Assembly: GCA_965248435.1 (NCBI GenBank)
Contig: OZ252100.1
Span: forward strand, 5,120,001-5,184,000
Length of the DNA: 64,000 nt
Reading direction: 5' to 3'
From: Candidatus Latescibacterota bacterium
Lineage (GTDB): Bacteria; Latescibacterota; UBA2968; GCA-2709665
The position numbers were made by a program, and so were the translations under genes. How positions within the stretch are numbered: position 1 is the stretch's first letter; each line of letters begins with the position of its first letter. The notes beneath the pieces are model-generated. The model saw nothing but the letters and a program-made list of their open reading frames with translations. It ran no database searches and had not been told where the DNA came from. Below, piece by piece: positions 59,896 through 64,000 of this stretch.

Positions 59896-61089
59896 ATGAA
59901 CACCGATCAGTCACCGTCGGCGGCGGAGTCTGAGCCGATCTCGAACTATTACCGCGCATCGGCCTTTGCTGACGCCAAACCCGAGCTTGCGGCTCCCGGG
60001 GCCACGCCAGAGAGGTTGGCTCACCTGAAGGAGCACGGTTTTGTCATCATCGCCGACTTTGTCGGCAACCCATTCATCCCCGTTCTCCGCGAGGCGGGCC
60101 GCCGTGTTACCGAAGCGTGCTCACCCGAGAATGGCTACGGCAAGATCGACTGCTCGAAGGGCTACGTGCACCGCGCGAAAGAGGACGAGCCCTGGGCGAT
60201 TCGGGGCATCATCCATCCCGCCTTCAAGGAGCCCGTCTTCGCCGAGTTCCTCGGCTCTCCGGATTTCATGAGCTTCGTGGACTCCTGGTGCGGCGGCCTC
60301 CAGCCTGAGGATCTGGTGATGATTGCAATTCTCCTGTGGTGCAATCCCCGGCGGAACGAGAATAAGCTCAGCTGGCACCGGGACGTGAAGTGGTGGGGCA
60401 CCGGGGAGCGCTCCCTTGCGCAGCAGGAGGCCCGGGACGGCCCTGAGGCCTACTCCGAGGAGGTCGAAAAGGTCCGCTGGGAGGAAATCCGCGCCGAAAA
60501 CGCTGAGGCTGTCACTGAGCGGAACGGAGTGAGCATGTTCCTGGCGCTGGTCGACGACGAGTGCCACGAACTCGTGCCTGGCAGCCACGATCGGTGGCGT
60601 ACGCCGTTTGAGCACGACGTGCTCCTCCCGCAAGCCATGAAAGACCAGGGAGTAGCGCACACTCCAGGTTGGAACGGCGTGGACCCGCTGCCAAACCAGG
60701 TCGCGATCCGGCTCAAGGCCGGGGAAGCTGTCATCCGCAGTGGAGCCACGATCCACACCGGGCACACCGTCTCTGATCGTGAGCGCAACACTTTGTCAAT
60801 CGGTTGGTCGAAGTGGACGGGGCCGTTCACCGGGGAGCCCTCGGTGGTGGACGTGCGAAGCGCGTGGCAACTCGACCCCGCCGTGCGAGCAGCTTTGCCA
60901 CACGAGTGGATGAAGACGACGTGGGACCGTTGGGCCGAAACGCAGAAACTGGGGGATACGATCGAGGACCGGTACTCGGCGTTCGATATCGCGCGTATCA
61001 AAGCTGGGGAGGTGGTGGGTCGGCGCGGAGAGTTGGAGCGCCAGGCCGCGGCGGCAGGCGAAGTGTGGAAGCCCTTCCAAACCGTGTGA
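59896..61089 (+). CDS. PhyH-like Fe(II)/2OG dioxygenase
   Basis: HGFVII, WHRD, LVPGSH.RW, LKAGE....IH.G. Confidence 0.8.
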   Translation: MNTDQSPSAAESEPISNYYRASAFADAKPELAAPGATPERLAHLKEHGFVIIADFVGNPFIPVLREAGRRVTEACSPENGYGKIDCSKGYVHRAKEDEPWAIRGIIHPAFKEPVFAEFLGSPDFMSFVDSWCGGLQPEDLVMIAILLWCNPRRNENKLSWHRDVKWWGTGERSLAQQEARDGPEAYSEEVEKVRWEEIRAENAEAVTERNGVSMFLALVDDECHELVPGSHDRWRTPFEHDVLLPQAMKDQGVAHTPGWNGVDPLPNQVAIRLKAGEAVIRSGATIHTGHTVSDRERNTLSIGWSKWTGPFTGEPSVVDVRSAWQLDPAVRAALPHEWMKTTWDRWAETQKLGDTIEDRYSAFDIARIKAGEVVGRRGELERQAAAAGEVWKPFQTV

Positions 61090-61211
61090 AGAAGGACTCG
61101 TGTTGCCCGGGATTCAAGAATTTGCCCACTCAGGGGGGTAAGGCAGATCGAGAAAACATAAAGCATACTACCTCCCGAAGCATCGAGAGTTTGACCAGTT
61201 GACCCAACCAG

Positions 61212-61967
61212 CTACCCGCGACCGATGTAGGGCATCTTGGTGGCCATGATGGTAATGAACTGGACGTTCGCATCGAGCGGGAGGCTGGCCATGTGGACGA
61301 CCGCGTTGGCGACGTGCTCGACGTCAATCGTGGCCTCCGGGACCGTCTCCCCATAGGGCTGGAGGCGGCCGCCCTCGCGGGTTTGCCGGGACCGCTCGAC
61401 GAAAGCGTTCCCAATATCGATCTGCCCGACGGCGATGCTGTATTTCCGGCCGTCGAGGGACGATGACTTCGTGAGGCCAGTGATGGCGTGCTTCGTGGAT
61501 GTGTAGGGAGCCGAGTTGGGTCGAGGCACGTGCGCGGAAACGGATCCGTTGTTTACGATACGGCCGCCCTGCGGGTCCTGATCCTTCATGATTCTGAAGG
61601 CCTGTTGCGTGCACAGGAAGGTGCCGGTCAGGTTCGTATCGACGACCGACTTCCACTGCTCATAGGTGAGATCTTCGAGGAGTACGGAAGGCGCACCGAA
61701 GCCGGCGTTGTTGAACAGGAGATCGAGACGGCCATACGTCTCGACCACCTTTCCGAAAAGAGTCTCGACCTGGGATGGATCGCCCACGTCCGTGGGAACG
61801 ACGATGCCGGATCCGCCTGCCTTCTCGATCTCGGCCACTGTTTCATCCAGGGGTTCGGGACGGCGCCCGGCGACGCCGACCGCATAGCCGGCTTTGGTCA
61901 GTGCGATCGCAGTGGATCTTCCGATACCGGATCCACCTCCTGTCACGATTGCGATTTTGTCACTCAT
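61212..61967 (-). CDS. Short-chain dehydrogenase/reductase
   Basis: [21 protein letters not shown]. Confidence 0.95.
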   Translation of the reverse strand: MSDKIAIVTGGGSGIGRSTAIALTKAGYAVGVAGRRPEPLDETVAEIEKAGGSGIVVPTDVGDPSQVETLFGKVVETYGRLDLLFNNAGFGAPSVLLEDLTYEQWKSVVDTNLTGTFLCTQQAFRIMKDQDPQGGRIVNNGSVSAHVPRPNSAPYTSTKHAITGLTKSSSLDGRKYSIAVGQIDIGNAFVERSRQTREGGRLQPYGETVPEATIDVEHVANAVVHMASLPLDANVQFITIMATKMPYIGRG

Positions 61968-61999
61968 GCGTCCTCTCCGGTGTCAAAATTCGAATTGCT

Positions 62000-63048
62000 G
62001 GATTCAATGACTAAGTGCAACACTTGGACTTGAAGACTTCAGCTGGTGTTTTGAAGTTAAGACATTTTCTTGGTCGGTTGTTGATCCGGTTCTGAATTTT
62101 CTTTAACTCGTGTTTGCTGACCTTTGAGAAGTCTGTCTTCTTGGGGAGGTATCTGCGGACCAGACCGATAGCGTTTTCCACAGCGCCTCGCTCCCAGCTG
62201 TGGAACGGTTTGCAGAAATAGGATTTGGTGCCAAGCACCTCGTTGACCCGTTGATGTTGGCCGTTTTCGGATCCGTTGTCATATGTGATGCTCTTCCTCA
62301 TGTGGGGAGGATGTCGCCCAAGGCGTCGATTAATCGCTTCGGCGACCTCCGAGGGTCCGTTCTTTGCCAGCTTAGCCAGGTGTAGGTATCTCGACGATCG
62401 CTCAAGACAAGCGCCAACGGCCTGTTTGCTCTCACGAGAGATGATGGTGTCGGATTCCCAGTGGCCAGGTTGTTTCCGTTTTTCGATGTAACGGGGACGT
62501 CGATCGATCGAAATACGGCCTGGAATGTGGCTTTCCCGGTGTTTTCGGGTATGCCACCGCGGCTTTCGTTTTTTGTGAGCTCGGGATAAGCAAGCAACCA
62601 GATCCCGCTGCTTGTGCACCTTTGGATCGTAGATATACTGGTAGATGGCTTCGTGGCTGATACCCGCGCTCGGACGCTCCTCGGGAAGCCTCCCAGCGAT
62701 CAACTCGGGAGACCATCCTTGCTTGAGTTTGGTCTCGACATATCGCCGGATAACCGGATTCTTCAGCCGTTTCCGCTTGCCGGCCTCCCGCTTACGTTTC
62801 TCAGCCCTTCTGTGAGCCTGGAGGCCCGAGTAACTCTCAGCTATCGGGGACGGATTACGTTTCAACTCTCTTGAAATCGTGCTGGCGCTCCGGTCAAGGG
62901 CCTTGGCAATATCTCTAAGGCTTGCACCAGTGGCTCGACAAAGCGCAATCTGCTCGCGTTCGTCTATCGTAAGATGCTTGTAATTGTTTCCCATACACTT
63001 AGGATAGGACAGTTGCTACCCTAAGTGTTGCACTTCCTTATTGAACTC
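62000..63048 (-). mobile_element. IS30-family insertion sequence
   Basis: About 26-bp imperfect inverted repeats (TTCAAT....AAGTGCAACACTT) at 62000-62025 and 63023-63048 flanking the transposase. Confidence 0.88.
62011..62994 (-). CDS. IS30 transposase
   Basis: YKHLT..ER, STISRELKRN, WSPE.I, GHWE.D, ITYDNG.E, WERG..EN, N.RPRKCL...TP.E. Confidence 0.96.
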   Translation of the reverse strand: MGNNYKHLTIDEREQIALCRATGASLRDIAKALDRSASTISRELKRNPSPIAESYSGLQAHRRAEKRKREAGKRKRLKNPVIRRYVETKLKQGWSPELIAGRLPEERPSAGISHEAIYQYIYDPKVHKQRDLVACLSRAHKKRKPRWHTRKHRESHIPGRISIDRRPRYIEKRKQPGHWESDTIISRESKQAVGACLERSSRYLHLAKLAKNGPSEVAEAINRRLGRHPPHMRKSITYDNGSENGQHQRVNEVLGTKSYFCKPFHSWERGAVENAIGLVRRYLPKKTDFSKVSKHELKKIQNRINNRPRKCLNFKTPAEVFKSKCCT

Positions 63049-63169
63049 GGGATTCCGATAATCTGCTTGAGCAGCTGCTTCTGCCTTCCTCCATCTCACC
63101 CTGGTAGCAGATGCACTCCGTCGTTCGACCTGCTGTCTGCCCGTCAGGACAATGTTGGCTGATTGCATT

Positions 63170-64000
63170 TCAGTTTTTCCAACCCCCGACGAAATCCTCG
63201 ACGCCATAATCGGCAGGCATATTGTAGGGACAGAGACGCGCAGGTTCGTCTTGGAAGCCCGACACGTACTGTTCTGGTGCTGATTCCAGCTTTTCGTTGA
63301 ACGTCTGGAATCGCTGCCACAACGTCTCTGTCTCGGATGCGGTGAATCGGTCGGCGATCTCCTTGAACTGGGGCCAGGCGGAGCGCGTCCCGTTGGGATC
63401 GAATCGGATCTTCTTCGCCAGCTTTTCCAGGATGGCCACGCAGACGATCTGTTCCTCTTTTGCCGGATGGAGGGCATCCAGACCCTCCCGGAAGGCAGGT
63501 TCGTCCTTTGCGATCAGCGCCCTGTAGATAGAAGTAACTTGATCCAGTTCACGTTCGAAAAGCTCACGGGATCGCTTGAACGCGTTTCGAGACCCGGGTG
63601 ACAGGTGCCTTGTGAAATCAAGATCCCACACCCGGGTGTGGGGGTTAAGGGGATAGGCGGATCCGCCAAAGCTCCGGTAATTCGCGATCAGGGTTCGTCT
63701 CAGCTTTGAGCTGTAGTTGCTTGGCCAGTGCTGGATCAAATTCGTGTATACGACGCCGTCACCCGCCTTGAGATCCACGGGTGTGGGGAGGGGTTTGCGC
63801 AGGCTTTCCAGAAGGCAGCGTTTCTCCTCTTCGGTCATCGGCCTCCGATGGCTTCCTGGGACGACCCACAAGACGCTGTCATCGTAAAGTGCGATGTTCC
63901 ACTGGATGTTGGCGGGGCCGTTGGCCTGGAGGTCTTTCTGAAGGCCGCCGATCGGAGGCTGTTCATCCGGATGAATGTCGAAATGCCACCGATCAGGCCC
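63170..64000 (-). CDS. PhyH-like dioxygenase (5' end outside the window)
   Basis: WHFD..QWNIALYDD..LWVVPGSHRR, LKAGDGVVY....HW. Confidence 0.8.
   Translation of the reverse strand, partial: GPDRWHFDIHPDEQPPIGGLQKDLQANGPANIQWNIALYDDSVLWVVPGSHRRPMTEEEKRCLLESLRKPLPTPVDLKAGDGVVYTNLIQHWPSNYSSKLRRTLIANYRSFGGSAYPLNPHTRVWDLDFTRHLSPGSRNAFKRSRELFERELDQVTSIYRALIAKDEPAFREGLDALHPAKEEQIVCVAILEKLAKKIRFDPNGTRSAWPQFKEIADRFTASETETLWQRFQTFNEKLESAPEQYVSGFQDEPARLCPYNMPADYGVEDFVGGWKN

Overview
GC-rich bacterial window; the many PhyH dioxygenases, enolase-superfamily genes and paired EF-hand/dockerin-like tails suggest a Latescibacterota/Handelsmanbacteria-like organism (inference only). The left half (1-34.9 kb) holds: an exported redoxin/DUF6029-like/TlpA operon, in which two redoxins are probable selenoproteins (in-frame TGA in a UxxC motif plus a SECIS-like hairpin); a partner-switching module (2 STAS, 2 HATPase, a cyclase and a PP2C sensor); two nonsense-mutated antitoxins; a Yip1/MFP/MacB-type transporter interrupted by a broken RAYT; a divergent low-GC candidate RiPP/bacteriocin cluster built around a BtrH-like papain-fold enzyme and a 74-aa hydrophobic peptide; and housekeeping genes comF-pgk-tpiA-secG-tRNA-Leu(GAG). 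The right half (34.9-64 kb) is an accreted island downstream of the tRNA. It is punctuated by four same-orientation copies of the tRNA 3' end plus a conserved ~50-100 bp tail (and two tail-only remnants), with no canonical tRNA integrase in view. Cargo includes betaine genes, PhyH enzymes, two signal-peptide-bearing tail-tube-like proteins, a tyrosine recombinase + IS91-like element abutting attC-like sites, a UxxU double-selenocysteine redoxin and IS30. No database search was run; family calls come from motif recognition.
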